DNA of 64,000 nt, from the NCBI GenBank assembly GCA_025558095.1, contig JAIVFI010000017.1, forward strand, positions 372,001 through 436,000, given 5' to 3'. A program made the translations under genes and the position numbers. The notes under the pieces are model-generated. The model did not search any database. It saw only the letters and a list, made by a program, of their open reading frames with translations, and was not told the DNA's origin. This document shows, piece after piece, positions 1 to 11,609 of the stretch; the first letter of the stretch is position 1; each line of letters starts with the position of its first letter. This DNA comes from Hyaloraphidium curvatum SAG 235-1 (lineage: Eukaryota; Fungi; Monoblepharomycota).

Positions 1-117
1 CCGTCGATCAGGGGGCGGTTCCGGGGAGGATCCAGGGGGTTCGGCCGATCCCATGTCGACTCACATGAGGACAGAGAGGAGGGCGCGAACTCCGAAGGGG
101 TTGTGCTCGGCGCTCAT
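1..117 (-). CDS. Possible first coding exon of a gene running off the window (weak resemblance to NOT2/CDC36)
   Basis: ATG at 117 reads MSAEHNPFGVRALLSVL, then a GTGAGT donor and a CTGAT branch-like site; divergent from TOA2. The family guess rests on one short motif. Confidence 0.3.
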
Positions 118-449
118 TCAACCACGATGCCGGTTTCTGTCGCATCACGGTGAGTTGATCGGGCAGGGGAAGGAGGGCGTCCCGCGGGACAAAGGGGGAC
201 GATTCCGTGTCAGACCAAGATAATGCGGCGGACGGCACCAGGCAGGCGGGCCAGGGCACAGCCGGTCGAAACACGTACCGACAACGAATCCGCTGATCGA
301 GGCGCGTCGGGAGAACCCTCCGATGCCGGATTCGCGTGGCGCGTGACTTCGGAGTTGAGCCGGAGTGACGGCCTTAAGCTTTGCGTGGATGTGTGATCTG
401 ATCAGGTGAACTCCTAACCGCATTCGTCACCTCGCACCCCAATCGCGCG

Positions 450-1110
450 ATGGCGGCGACGCACGAGCTCTATCGGCGGTCAAAGATTGGCACGTGTCCA
501 GGGCCCCTCTCTGCCCATGCCCCGGGCCCGCGCTGACCCGAGCCCCGCCCCGCGCCCGCAGGGGAGGCGCTCACCGAGACGTTGGACGAGATGATCACCA
601 ACAACCTCATCGACGCCAAACTGGCCATGCTGGTCGTGCGCCAGGTAATCATCGTTGATTGGGCGGAGCGGGAGGGCCGTCGGCGGGCGGATATGTGGCT
701 GCTCGCGGAGTTGAGACGTGGTCGACCGCGGTCGTCGAATGGCGGCACGCCGCGGCATCGGGAGCGGACTTGGGCGGCCTTGGAACTCCGCTAAGTTCTC
801 TTTCCCCTCTCCTTCCTTCCTCTTGCTCGATAGTTCGACGCCACTATCGCCGAGGCGCTGAACTCGAAGGTGAAGAGCAAGCTCACGCTAAAGGTTGGTA
901 GATCCGGGCCGTCCCGCTTCCGAAAGAGAAGCTGACGCCGCTGCGCTGCGTGTTTAGGGGCACCTCAACACCTACCGGTTCTGCGACGACGTGTGGACCC
1001 TGCTGGTGGACGACCCGACGCTGCGCTTTGACCAGGCCGAGGTGGTGACCGCGGAAAAGGTCAAAATCGTGGCCATGACGGCGATCAAAAAAGAGAATGC
1101 ACCCGAATAG
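450..1110 (+). CDS. TOA2: Transcription factor IIA small (gamma) subunit, 4 exons
   Basis: Spliced product [25 protein letters not shown]...FDATIAEAL...[14 protein letters not shown]...KIVA matches TFIIA-gamma; introns 490-561 (GC-AG), 645-833, 894-957. Confidence 0.95.
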
Positions 1111-1252
1111 GCGGTGCGGGGGGCGAAGCTGCGCGACGATGGACTGGATGGGGCTCCCAGCCCTGTGGATTCTGTGTGATACCCAGATTGGTTTTGATTC
1201 ATTTGTGAAACCTGCCGTCAATTGGCACCGTGAAAAAGATACATCATCTGCC

Positions 1253-2360
1253 TCATCGCTTCGACCTTTTCCTGGGTCCGCCTCCCTTCCCGCCGCCTCC
1301 CTTGCCGAAGAAGTCCTTTGCCTTCCGCTTGCCCCCCGAACCGCCTTTTGGCGGCCCGGCCTCGAGCCCCTCGATGTCCGCGAAATCGTCGAACGTGTCA
1401 AACTCGTTTCTGAACCTGCTCATCCCGCCCGACGCCGCCAGCTTCTCCCTCTCCTTCCGCTCCCGCTTCGACATGTTGAGCCGCACAAAGTTGTCCTCCT
1501 CGAACCTGTCCCTCTCGGCCATCCGCTCGTCCATCTCCGTCGCCATCTCCACGGCCGAGTAGCCCGTGCCGCCGGCGGAGAGCTCCTCGGGCACGTTCTC
1601 GAACTGCGCCCGCACGTCGCGCATCAGCCGGGAGCGGGCCGCGCGCTCGCGTTCCCGCGCGCCGAGCTTCTTCTTCTTGGACGAGCCGTCGTCGAAGAAC
1701 TGGGGAGCCACGCGGGGGGCCTTGTACTTTGCGGGGGCGGAGGCGCCGCGGGGGGCGGGTTCGGGGTCCGGCTCGGCGGCGGCCTCCATCGCGAGCGGGT
1801 TGGGCTTGAAGGCGAGGGGATCGGCGACTGTGGGAAGTGGACACCACGGTGAGCGAATGGAGATGGCAATGAACGAGCTGGCGGCCCACATCCGGTGCTG
1901 TCCACCGCCTCTGGCGCCCCGCCCGCCGCTGCGCTCTCGAGCGCCGCCGTCGCCGCCTTGACCAGCTTCTCGATCTGGTACCTCAGCTTGGTCTCGAGCG
2001 GCCTCAGCTTCTCCAGCACCGTGCGCGCCTCGATCATCCTGTCGACGGCCGGGTGCTCCTCGACCCGCGCGCCGTCGACCTTCAGGAGGAGGAAGAAGGA
2101 GAGGTTGGCGAGGTACGAGAGGAGGGCGTGGATCTTGACGTCCAGGAGGGAGAGGCCGCTCTTGGTGTGGATGTTGGACGTCCGAATCCTGCGAACGTGG
2201 GGCAATGAGGGGTGGAACTGGCGGGGGAGCCCGGGCGAACGAACCGCTCGGTCGACTCGCGGACCTTTGCGCGGAGGTCCCGCACCTGGCCCGCCAACGT
2301 CGGCACCAGCTTTTTGAACGCCTCCACATCGAGCTCAAAGGAAGAAGAGTCGGCCGCCAT
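1253..2360 (-). CDS. LCP5: Lcp5/neuroguidin, Sas10/Utp3/C1D family SSU processome protein
   Basis: GLSLLDVKIHALLSYLANL...RTVLEKLRPLETKLRYQIEKLVKAA, LAFKPNP, KYKAPRVAP, EEDNFVRL; 2 introns. Confidence 0.9.
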
Positions 2361-2954
2361 TGTGCCCGACCTGAGGAGGGAACGGCATCAGCATGTGCCG
2401 AAAGATATGTGGGAACCAGAAGGGCGGCCGGGACCCGACGGGCCCGCGACCGCGGAACAGTGGCGTCCGCCTCTTTCTCCCGCGCTTAACCACTTCGGCC
2501 ACTCAGGAGTCGTGGGAAGAAATGCCTGCGGGCCGTCCGCCGCCGGCCCCTTCTGTTTCGCTGTTCCGCGGGCCGGCGGCGTCCGTCCCAGAGTGTGCGC
2601 GGTTCCTCGGCAGCCGATGGTGCCGGACGCAGTGTGATGCGGTCTGCGGTCCTGCCGGCCCTCCACTTCCCTGTCCTCACCTCCTTTTGCGATCACGGGG
2701 CCACTGTTGTCGGTTGTTTCTAATATTTGCGATCGTGCGGTCGTCCGGCATCGATCACGGCGCGCATCCACTTTGCCATCTTGGGCGAAGGCCGGCCTTT
2801 CATCCAGCTCCCCGTCCCAAGCGGGCAGTCGGGTGCGGCGATCGGCGAGGCATTGCCGCCGCGGGCACGCGAGCGCACGCCGCACGGGCGCAGCGGGTTC
2901 GACGTGCGGGAGGGCGCGCCGCAGCAGGGCCCGCCGGCCGACCGCGCACCCGCG

Positions 2955-4175
2955 ATGGAGCGACGCCTGGCGCGCCTCAAGTCGGCGCTGCGGACGAATG
3001 TGAATGCGGGCGATGTGGCCGCGGGCGCCGGCGGCAAGGGGGCGCCGCGCGGGGCCGAGGCGGTCCTGGCGAGGCTGGGCAGGCGGCGCGGGTCGGGCCC
3101 GCTGCCCCCGCACACCGCACCGGCAGACGGAACCCCCCGGCGGGACGCGCGCAGCCTGGACATCTTTGTCGGCGGCTCCGTCGACGACATCCTCGACGCT
3201 GCGCGGCTGCGGCGCTCGCCGGATGGCCTGGGCCCTGAAGCGGACGGCCGCGGCGGCAAGGGGGAGGAGAAGCTGCAGCGCAAGGACTCGGGCACGGATG
3301 TGAGGAGCATGGTCGACGGCTCGACCGGCGGCGCTGGATCGGGCGAGGCACGGGCCTGGCCGCCGGCACACGCGACAACGTCCGGCCCGGCGCGATCAAA
3401 GGCGTCGGCTGTCCCCAAGGCGTTGGCCGGCCTGCTGAAGCTCTTCAAAACAAAGTCGGACGCGGTATCCGGTGCAGAGCTGCTCTCCGGAATTGCATCG
3501 GCCCTGCAGGCCGAGGACTCGCGCGATGCGAAAGGCGCAGCAGGATTCCGCCTCGAGCATCCCGTTCCCAGCGCGCTCTCCGGGGCGGAGACGTCTATTC
3601 TTACATCGCTCGACGTGTCTCTGGAGCTTCTTGAGTTCCCGGAGCTTCCTGAACCGCTGGACGAGGACCTCTTTGGGTACTACGGTGACGAGGAAGCCGG
3701 CTCCGACTCCGAAACGGACCCGCAGCCGCACCTGGCCGCACAGGATCAACCCGTTGCGCATCTCCATCTCTCGGAGGAGCAGCAGCAGGTCATTTTTGCC
3801 CGCTCGCACGGCAAGCTCGTCAGCCCTCGGCGCTCGCTGCACGAGCAGGTCCTCATCTCCAACCTCATGCTCCGCTTCGTGGCCGCGAACCCCTTTTCCG
3901 TCGTGGACATGCCGACGACCTTCGTCCCGCCGCCCGAGGCGGCGCGGAGGAAGCGCCGCCGCTCGCGGCGCAGCTTCGCGGGGGTGCGCGCGGTGCCGTC
4001 GTTCGAGGCGGACGAGCCGGCACCGTTCCGCGCCGTGCGGCCCGGGAACAACGGGCTGCGCATCGTCAGCGACCCGGCAATCGAGTTTGCCGCGGCGCCC
4101 GCGGTGCGCAGGACGATGGGATCGAGCAGACCGTCGTGGGACGACGAGGTGCCGCTCCAGAGGCTGCGATTGTGA
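2955..4175 (+). CDS. Zds1-like protein (Zds_C domain, PP2A-Cdc55 regulator); start uncertain
   Basis: IFARSHGKLVSPRRSLHEQVLISNLM resembles the Zds_C motif IYRLSHxKLANPRRPLxEQVLLSNFM; the rest is low complexity. Confidence 0.7.
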   Translation: MERRLARLKSALRTNVNAGDVAAGAGGKGAPRGAEAVLARLGRRRGSGPLPPHTAPADGTPRRDARSLDIFVGGSVDDILDAARLRRSPDGLGPEADGRGGKGEEKLQRKDSGTDVRSMVDGSTGGAGSGEARAWPPAHATTSGPARSKASAVPKALAGLLKLFKTKSDAVSGAELLSGIASALQAEDSRDAKGAAGFRLEHPVPSALSGAETSILTSLDVSLELLEFPELPEPLDEDLFGYYGDEEAGSDSETDPQPHLAAQDQPVAHLHLSEEQQQVIFARSHGKLVSPRRSLHEQVLISNLMLRFVAANPFSVVDMPTTFVPPPEAARRKRRRSRRSFAGVRAVPSFEADEPAPFRAVRPGNNGLRIVSDPAIEFAAAPAVRRTMGSSRPSWDDEVPLQRLRL

Positions 4176-4515
4176 CGATTTGAACTGCTGTCTAACTACT
4201 GCGCTTCTGTATCCACTCTAATGCATCAAGAAACAGCATCTTCGCTGCACATCCCATGCCAGCCCGACCGTCCCCTTCTACCAGTCCCCTTCGACCTCTG
4301 AATGCATGCGATGCTCGCCTACCGCATGCCATCCCTCGTCAACTAACAAAGAAGCTGACCAAGCCTATGATGCTCCCAAGTTATCGTAAACGTCGTGTTG
4401 GGCTCCAGGTACCGTCGGGGGAGTTCAGAACTTGAAGTCACCAGCAAAACGATCCGCCCGCTCGGCTGCCCGTTTTCTCCTCAAAGATGACGGCGCCGGC
4501 GGAGCGCGCCCGCCG

Positions 4516-5169
4516 ATGAGCCGCCCTGCCCAGGCGCAGCAGACGCATCCCGGCGTTTCCCTGGCCGCTGTCTTCGCCGCATTCGCCGGCCCGCGCGCCG
4601 CATCGCCGCCGCTGCCTCCCATGTCCCTCGGCCCGGCCGGCACCGCGATGGGCAGCCTTTTGACGCGCCTCGCCTTCCCGTCGCCGCCGAATACTTCGTT
4701 CCCTTCCAACGAAGAGGAGCGCGACGGCTTCGAGGCCGCCGAGGGGGTCGATTTGGGGGAGGTGGACGACGAGGAGACCGTCGTCGGACAGAGCACGAGG
4801 GGCCCGGGGACGCCGCTGCTCGGCGGCGCCGCGGGTGCGAACATGGCTTCCTTGCTGAGCGCAGCGGGCAACCGCGACGGCGGGGGCAGCACGGGCGGCG
4901 CCGAGACGGCGGCGAACTCGCCCCCCAGGACACGGACCGAGCCGGAACCCGCGGCGTGGAGCCCCAGCGCGGCTAGGCTGAGGCTGCTCAACGGCAGCGC
5001 CAACGTGTCGATGGCCACGGACGAGGAGGACAACGAACGGTGGGAAGCCGTCCCGTCGGCGGGACCGGCTCTGCTTCGCAGTGCGGCGTGGAGACCGCAA
5101 CCCGGGAGGACGGTGCTGGGCAACGAGGAGGAGATTCACGATTCGAGGATCAACGATTCGAAGAAATGA
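4516..5169 (+). CDS. Hypothetical disordered protein
   Basis: Open frame with acidic patches (EEERDGFEAAEGVDLGEVDDEE); the antisense frame shows the Ser-run shadow typical of a real + gene; no domain recognised. Confidence 0.4.
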   Translation: MSRPAQAQQTHPGVSLAAVFAAFAGPRAASPPLPPMSLGPAGTAMGSLLTRLAFPSPPNTSFPSNEEERDGFEAAEGVDLGEVDDEETVVGQSTRGPGTPLLGGAAGANMASLLSAAGNRDGGGSTGGAETAANSPPRTRTEPEPAAWSPSAARLRLLNGSANVSMATDEEDNERWEAVPSAGPALLRSAAWRPQPGRTVLGNEEEIHDSRINDSKK

Positions 5170-5228
5170 GGCCACCATGCACCGAGCTACGCTTGCGAAA
5201 CCCCGACGACGCCCCAACGCCCAGTCCA

Positions 5229-6899
5229 TCAGCTCCAATCCCGGTCCCTCGGCTGCTGCTTCCACCCGTTCCACCCGGGCGGATTTCCGCCTCCCATCTT
5301 GGGCTGCCACCCGCGCGAGAGCGACGACGAAGCGGGCGGGTTGGGCCCCGGCCCGGGCGGGCCGTGGCGGTCCATACCCATCCGGCCCTGGTCCATCCCC
5401 ATCCGGCTCTCCATCCCCATCCGGCTCGAATAGAACAGTCCCGTCGGCTGGCCCGGCTGCCCGGAAGGGCCCGGCCCGGCGGGAGGCTGCTGCTGCCACG
5501 ACTGCCGCGCAAACTGCGAGACCCCTGGCGGCGGCTGGCCCGCGCGCTGGTACGGGGGCTCCTGGTAGCGGTGCGGCTGGTACCCCGCGCTCATGCTCGA
5601 CGGCTGCGGTTGGTAGCCGGCGCTCATGCTCGACGGCCGCGGCTTCGGCTGCTGGTGCCACTCCTGCTCGCGGTAGCCGCCCTGGGAATGCGAGTACCCG
5701 TGGCCGAAGAAGGGCCGGTCATTGCGCGGCGGCACGGGGCGCGCGAAGCTGTCCGTCGTCCGCGGCGACTTGCTCGGGAAGGGCGGCGGGGAGAGAGGCG
5801 GCGAGCCCGGCCGCTTACTCCCAGCGCGCGGCGAGGTCGCAGGGGTGGTGCCCTGGGCAGGGCGTTCGGCCGAAGTGTCGATTCTCGGCGCCTTGTTAGC
5901 GCCGGAAGGCTCCGCACCGGCCTTGGCCGGCGGCTCCTCGTCGACCGAGAAGGTGCTGGCGTCGCCCGTGGTCCGCCGAGAGCTCGACGGCTCCACGTCC
6001 TTCATGTCCAGGTCCACGGCCTTGGTGGCAATCATCGCAAATACCTTGCGCTTCTCGGAGCGGAGCTCCTCGATGCGCTGCAGGATGTAGTCCTCTGACG
6101 GGAGGGGCCCAGAGAAGCCGAGCGCCTCGGCCGACGGGGTTCCGGGAGGAGTCATGTCGTGGTTCGGGGAATGCAGGAGCATGGGGGTGGTGGGTTCGGT
6201 GAACATTTCCGTCGCGGTCGGGGTGATGGACCGCGGCGTCACTGCGCCGCCCGAGTTGTCGTCTATCCCAAGCAAAGGGCTCGTCAGGCCACAGCCATGC
6301 TTTGAGCCGCAACTCAACCCACCTTTGAGCCGCTCGAAAGCCATGGAAAGCTCCAGCTCGTCCTCCCGGTCGATCTCGGGCTTGCCGCCCGGGCGCTTCA
6401 TCTTGCGCTTTCCTGACCCGCCTTCGTCCCGTTCCTCGGCCGCACGATCGACGTCCACGGAGTCTTTTCTTCTGCGCTTGCCGGTCTGCGCCGGTTGGGC
6501 GCGGCTCGAAGCGTTCATCTGTCGCCTGTGCTCAAAGTTGATGCTCTGCATGAGCCTGGTGGCCATGGCGCGGCGGATGAGCGGCGGCGCTGCACCCGAC
6601 AGCGCCGGCTGCAGAGTCGCAGCGACGATGATGGCTGCATGGTCCCGGTCGCCGGCCGACGAAGCGGCGTCGCTGGCCTCCTCGTCGAGGCCGATTGCCG
6701 AAGACGGGGTCCCCGGCTGCCGCAGCTCCTCGAGCGCCTGCTCGTCGCCGACCATGTCCGCGTCGACCGTGTCTGTGCTGCCCGCAGCCCGCAGCGGCCC
6801 GCCGTCGCCGGCCTTTGTTGGAGACAAGGACTTCTCGTCGGTCAGGGGCGGGGAGGGCGGGGTCGTCGGCCCCGCGGGCGACGGCGGCGACGCCGGCAT
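5229..6899 (-). CDS. Hypothetical disordered protein with a short coiled coil and a Q/P/G-rich C-terminus
   Basis: 556-codon ORF containing a probable in-frame intron 6263-6322 (GTGGGT...CTGAC...TAG); basic NLS-like clusters; YILQRIEELRSEKRKVF helix. Confidence 0.7.
   Translation of the reverse strand: MPASPPSPAGPTTPPSPPLTDEKSLSPTKAGDGGPLRAAGSTDTVDADMVGDEQALEELRQPGTPSSAIGLDEEASDAASSAGDRDHAAIIVAATLQPALSGAAPPLIRRAMATRLMQSINFEHRRQMNASSRAQPAQTGKRRRKDSVDVDRAAEERDEGGSGKRKMKRPGGKPEIDREDELELSMAFERLKGGLSCGSKHGCGLTSPLLGIDDNSGGAVTPRSITPTATEMFTEPTTPMLLHSPNHDMTPPGTPSAEALGFSGPLPSEDYILQRIEELRSEKRKVFAMIATKAVDLDMKDVEPSSSRRTTGDASTFSVDEEPPAKAGAEPSGANKAPRIDTSAERPAQGTTPATSPRAGSKRPGSPPLSPPPFPSKSPRTTDSFARPVPPRNDRPFFGHGYSHSQGGYREQEWHQQPKPRPSSMSAGYQPQPSSMSAGYQPHRYQEPPYQRAGQPPPGVSQFARQSWQQQPPAGPGPSGQPGQPTGLFYSSRMGMESRMGMDQGRMGMDRHGPPGPGPNPPASSSLSRGWQPKMGGGNPPGWNGWKQQPRDRDWS
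5575..5638. repeat. Two near-identical 33-nt tandem coding repeats (PSSMSAGYQP units)
   Basis: gcgctcatgctcgacggc occurs twice, 33 nt apart. Confidence 0.8.
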
Positions 6900-7691
6900 G
6901 AAAGCGCCGCGCGCAGTCGTCCGCCCCGCGCGCCGCGCCGCGCCCGCGCCCGCGCCGACCCGCCGGTGAAGCCGCCGAGCTCGCCGGCTGCCGCGCTGCC
7001 CGCGCGCGGTCCCGCCCGCGCCGCTGTGTGCCGCAGCTGCGCCGGTCGACTCCGGGCGACCTCGCGCCGCGGCCCCCGCTCTCTCCGCTCCGAGCCCCGA
7101 AGGCGCCTAACAGGGAAACAAGGGCAATCGAGTGGTACTCCGCCGCGCCGCTAGGCTGGCATTTTGGACGGTCTGTTGTGGCCGCGACGATGCAAAAAGC
7201 CGTGCCCCTTCGCAGCGGGGCGGGCGTTTCCACGCGCTCACACGTCGCCGTTCGCGGAACCCCAAGCTGCACGCCTCCAGCGTCCCGCCACGCAGCGAAA
7301 ACAGGAGCAGAAGCACCGTGAATAATGGGCCGATATTCGGCGGCTCGCGATCGCGGCCCCCTCTCGCAGCTGGGTGCTGCGAAGCTCGTGCAAGTGATCG
7401 GCGCGGCAGAGGTCGCAGAAACACTTAGGAGCCGTTCCTCGTCCGATCGCCGTGGCAATCTGAGCAAAAAGGAAGCACTTGGCACCACTGGACTCGGGCA
7501 GCCGGTGACTCGACGGGGTTGGGGGCTCTCGAGCGAGGCTGTGCGATCCCCTTGCTGGTTTTCGCAGGGACCACCCAACTCGTTCGACTCCGCGCACAAT
7601 TCTCAAACCAGACCTCCACGTCCGAGCACCAGGCCGGCTAAAAGACAGCAGCAGTTCGATTGCCGACGTCCTCAAAAGACCCAGTGTTGCC

Positions 7692-8725
7692 ATGGCCCGC
7701 AAGTCCTCGTCGCGGAGGTCGTTTGCGCTCTCCGCCGTCGGCGCCCTACTCCTCGCCGGCTCTGCCGCCGCACAGAACCTCGAGAACGGTAATTGGCTCC
7801 ACGGCATGCTATACCGGAGCGCTGCTGACGATGCTGCTTGCCTCCTGCCCCGGGCGACGTCTTCTGCCTCGGCGCTCGGGCCCGCAACTCCTCCCCTTCA
7901 TCACCCCGCTGCCCTCGACCGGCTCCTCGGCCCGGTGATCCCTGATCATGCACCTGCACTGCAATTGCGTTCGGAACGCAGGCATCGGCGTCATCGCCCC
8001 CGTGCCCTTCGCCCTGTCGGGCCAGACCTACCGGCCCGGGGACCAAATCCCGCTGCAGGTGTCCACTGTATTCAACGATGTGTTCGATACGGAGGGCAAC
8101 GGCGTGCTGAACCCGATCGTGATCAACGCCGAGATCTGGTGGGTGCCTGCTCCGCATGCGCACGGGGTGCGGCGCTCACGGTTCCATGCGTGCATCAGGG
8201 CGACGCAAAACATCAACGTTGGGAGCTGGAAGCCGACAGAGCTCACCGTTGGGCGCACATGGACCGTGCCGGATGGGGTGTTTCGCAACGAGACCATGAT
8301 CTGTGGGTTGCTCCTTCTGTTTTCCGCCCTCCGGCATTTGACGCATCGCACCTCCAGATACCCTATTCTTCAGCGGCCCGTCGCTGTTCTACAACTGCCC
8401 CAAGCCCGCCACGCTCGCCAACTGCAAAACGGCCGAGGGCACATCGGGCAGCGTGGATATCGCCATCAGCGGGGAGCGCCTCGCACCCTCCACCACGTCG
8501 CGCGCCGCCACCACCACCCGCGCGACGACCAGTGCCGCTGCAACGAGGACCACCTCGTCCGCCGCGGCTCCCACCACGACGCAGGCGCCCAGGCCGACGA
8601 CAACCTCGGAAGTCGCCGCCACCACCACGTCGGTCCCCCAGGCGATCCCCGCAGGCGCCGGGAAGATGGTGCCTGCGACGATCGCCGCAATGCTCGGCCT
8701 CCTCTTTGCCGTGGCCATGTTCTGA
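7692..8725 (+). CDS. Secreted, probably GPI-anchored surface protein with a Thr/Ala-rich stalk
   Basis: Signal peptide (FALSAVGALLLAGSAAA), 3 GT-AG introns, Cys pair NCPKPATLANC, TTSRAATTT stalk, hydrophobic C-terminus MLGLLFAVAMF. Confidence 0.8.
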
Positions 8726-8907
8726 GGTGCTCTAGGCTGCAGCAACGAGGATACGCTGACTATGCCCGGACTCTGCTGGAGGTTTCCTGAGCCGCCGTGC
8801 TGGCACGGCGGCAGCTTTGCGTATGGTTACGGCGCATCAACCATTGTATATTGATCAATCCAGTTGGTATCAGACCTGACGTCGAGTTCTGACCGCCTCC
8901 CACGGCT

Positions 8908-10405
8908 TCAGTCGTACGAGATGTCGTCGCCCGCGTCGCCGTAGGCCGGCCTCGCTTCCGGCTCGTCCCAGTGCCGCACGTGCTTCTGCTTCTTCCGCTT
9001 TTTGTTGTGCGGGTGATCGCTTGCCCAGGGGTCCTCGCCCGGGTGGCCGTGGAAACCGTTGCCCTGTTCCTCATCGTGCTCTTCCGCGCCGGCGAAGCCA
9101 ACGTCCACGTGCGACGGCTCATCTTCCAAAATTGCACCGCCGTCATTGGCATCGGGCTCCTGTCCGGCGATGGCCTCCTCCAGACCGCCGTCGTTCGCCC
9201 CTTCCTTCCCCGCCTCGGGACGTTCAGCAGCCAGGTAGTCCCTCATCGCTTCCGACACCGTGGCAATATGGCTCCTCCCCGGATCGCTCAAGTCCACCTG
9301 CCCAAAGGCTCCGGCGATGGCCACGACGACCATGTTGAGTCCCGCGACGGCGGGATGCGAGCCCGGCACGCGTTCGGGCTCCGCCCCGTCCTCCGGCTCC
9401 GGCCCGAGGGTCATGCCACCGATCCGCTTGCGCAGCATGCGGCACGAGCGGCTCAGCTCCCGCAGGACGGATACGAGGTCGCCCGTGAGCAGGTCCGGAT
9501 CCAGGTGCAGAAGCAGGCTCGAGACCCAGCGCACCTGCGAAGAGAGCAGGTCCAGCTCGACGAACAAGGGGTGTTTCATCCACTGCAGGTGCATCCGGAG
9601 GAGCTGTTCGATTTCCGTCGGGTTCAGGCGCGCGGGCAGAGTGAGGTGCTGCTTTTCCGTTGTCGGTGCTGAAAGGCCCAACGAAACCCCGTTCTGCGAA
9701 ACCGATTCTCGAGGCGGAGGGACCTCCCCGTTCTCCGGCTCTCCATTGTCCGCCGGGCCATCGCCATGTCGATCTTCCACATCGATTTCTTCCGGATTCC
9801 GGTCCAAGGGCTGCTGTCCGCGAGTTTGATCGGCTTCTTCGGCCTCCCCGTCCTCCTCCCCGTGGTGTCCATTTGTGTCTTCCCTGTGCTCCGGATAAAG
9901 CAGCCGCCTCCAGTTCTGCTGGTCGCTCATGGCAGGAAGCCGCTCAGGTACGTCCGCCATCGTCATGCCCATGGCAATCGCGTCCCTCCGTCGGGCACGG
10001 AAGCCGGCCACGGCTCCCCGCATTCCGTTGAAACGCGACAGGTAGCTATTCCGCCATGATTCCCGCGGGATCAGGTCCGGTCTGGTGGTGCAAGCAACGT
10101 CAAAGTCGGCGTGGAGCACCGCCGCGGCGACGTCAAAGTGCTGCACGAGGGGATGTGACGGCGCCGGGGCCGATTTTGCGGCCAGGCGAGCCACAGGGAC
10201 AACAACTGTATCCGGGAGAGCGCGTGTTTCGGCGCTGCGGGGCGTCCGATGTGAGACACGGTCGCGATGAGCTCCGAGAAACGCACCGCACGAGCGCGAG
10301 GTATTCGCTGCCGTCCGTCGGGTTTCCGTCCTCCGGGGGCCGCTCCGCTACGGGGAGGACAGCACGCTGCGCTGTCACAGGGTAATCGTCCTCGCCGCGG
10401 GCCAT
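8908..10405 (-). CDS. GEMIN2: Gemin2/SIP1/Brr1-like snRNP assembly factor
   Basis: N-terminal PTDGSEYLALVR; core RWVSSLLLHLDPDLLTGDLVSVLRELSRSC and VVAIAGAFGQVDL. Confidence 0.8.
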
Positions 10406-10487
10406 TGCGGAGGACTTCCGGGGGTCACGAAGGGCGATTTGCCTTCCCGCGGCCGCAGCCAAGACAACAATCACACAACGCTTCGAA

Positions 10488-11431
10488 ATGTCGTCCCTCA
10501 GGTCAGCGCGGGCTCCTTCGCGCCGTCAGCTAGTTCTGAATATGCCGTACAAACAGGAGAGCCGTCAACCGGCGGACGTTCAAGGAGCGGGCCCAGCCTG
10601 CGGCCCGCGAGCGCCTCGGCATCCTCGAGAAGCACAAGGACTATGTCCAGCGTGCCCGGGACTACCACCGGAAAGAAAAGAGACTCAAGTCGCTGAAGGA
10701 GAAGGCGGCCTTCAAGAACCCGGACGAGTTCTACTTTGGCATGGTCAATTCTCGAACAAACGTGGGACACCCTTCTTCCCTGGCCGTTCGGTTCGCCATT
10801 CTCCAGGCTTACTGCTGCAATGTCAGGATGGCGTTCACGTCGGGAAGAAGCAGCGGCAGAATTACTCGGTGGAGACCCTGAAGGCATACAAGACTCAGGA
10901 CCATGGATACTTGCGATACCACGAGAGCGTGAACCGCGCAGTGGGTGGACTGTGCGTTGGGGTGGCCCTGCCTAGTCTGATCGATGGCATGCGATTGCTT
11001 GCTGTGTACAGAAAGTGCGCCGCTTGGAGGAAGAAGTGGAGCTGGGTTTGCATCCGGACGAACCAGAGGCGTCCACTTTGGATGTCCCGGTGCCGCGACG
11101 GACGGTGTTTGTGGATACTGTGGACGACGTTGAGGATGTGGACGTGTCGTCACACTCACGGAAGCGAAGACGGCCCGCGGCGGAAATGGACAGCGATGAC
11201 GGTGCCAGCGACGATGGGGACGAAGAGGCCTCTTTTCGCAACGGACCCAAGAAGCCCTCCCGGGAAGAAAGGGAGCTCGCCGCTAGGAAGGAACGAGATG
11301 CTCAGCTGAAGAAGCTGGAGATGGAGGTGACGATCCAGAAGAGCCTGATGGGAAAGGGAACGCGCAAGAAGGTCGGCGAATACCCCAACGGACTTCCCAA
11401 GTACAAGTGGAAGAACGAAAGGAAGAAGTAG
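10488..11431 (+). CDS. UTP11: U3 snoRNP protein Utp11
   Basis: Spliced [19 protein letters not shown]...[18 protein letters not shown]...[10 protein letters not shown]...KTQD...YKWKNERKK. Confidence 0.95.
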
Positions 11432-11609
11432 CGGACTGCAGTGTATTCCCAGGTCATCGAGCGGAAGCAGCCGATGCTTGCGAGTCGGGCCGTTTCGTAG
11501 TCCCATGCTAGCTCGGGGTTTCGGACATCGCCCATTTCTCGGCCGCAACGCACCGTACGGGCCCGGACGACCCGGGAACGTGACCGCAGGGGGGTCGGTT
11601 CCACGCCAA

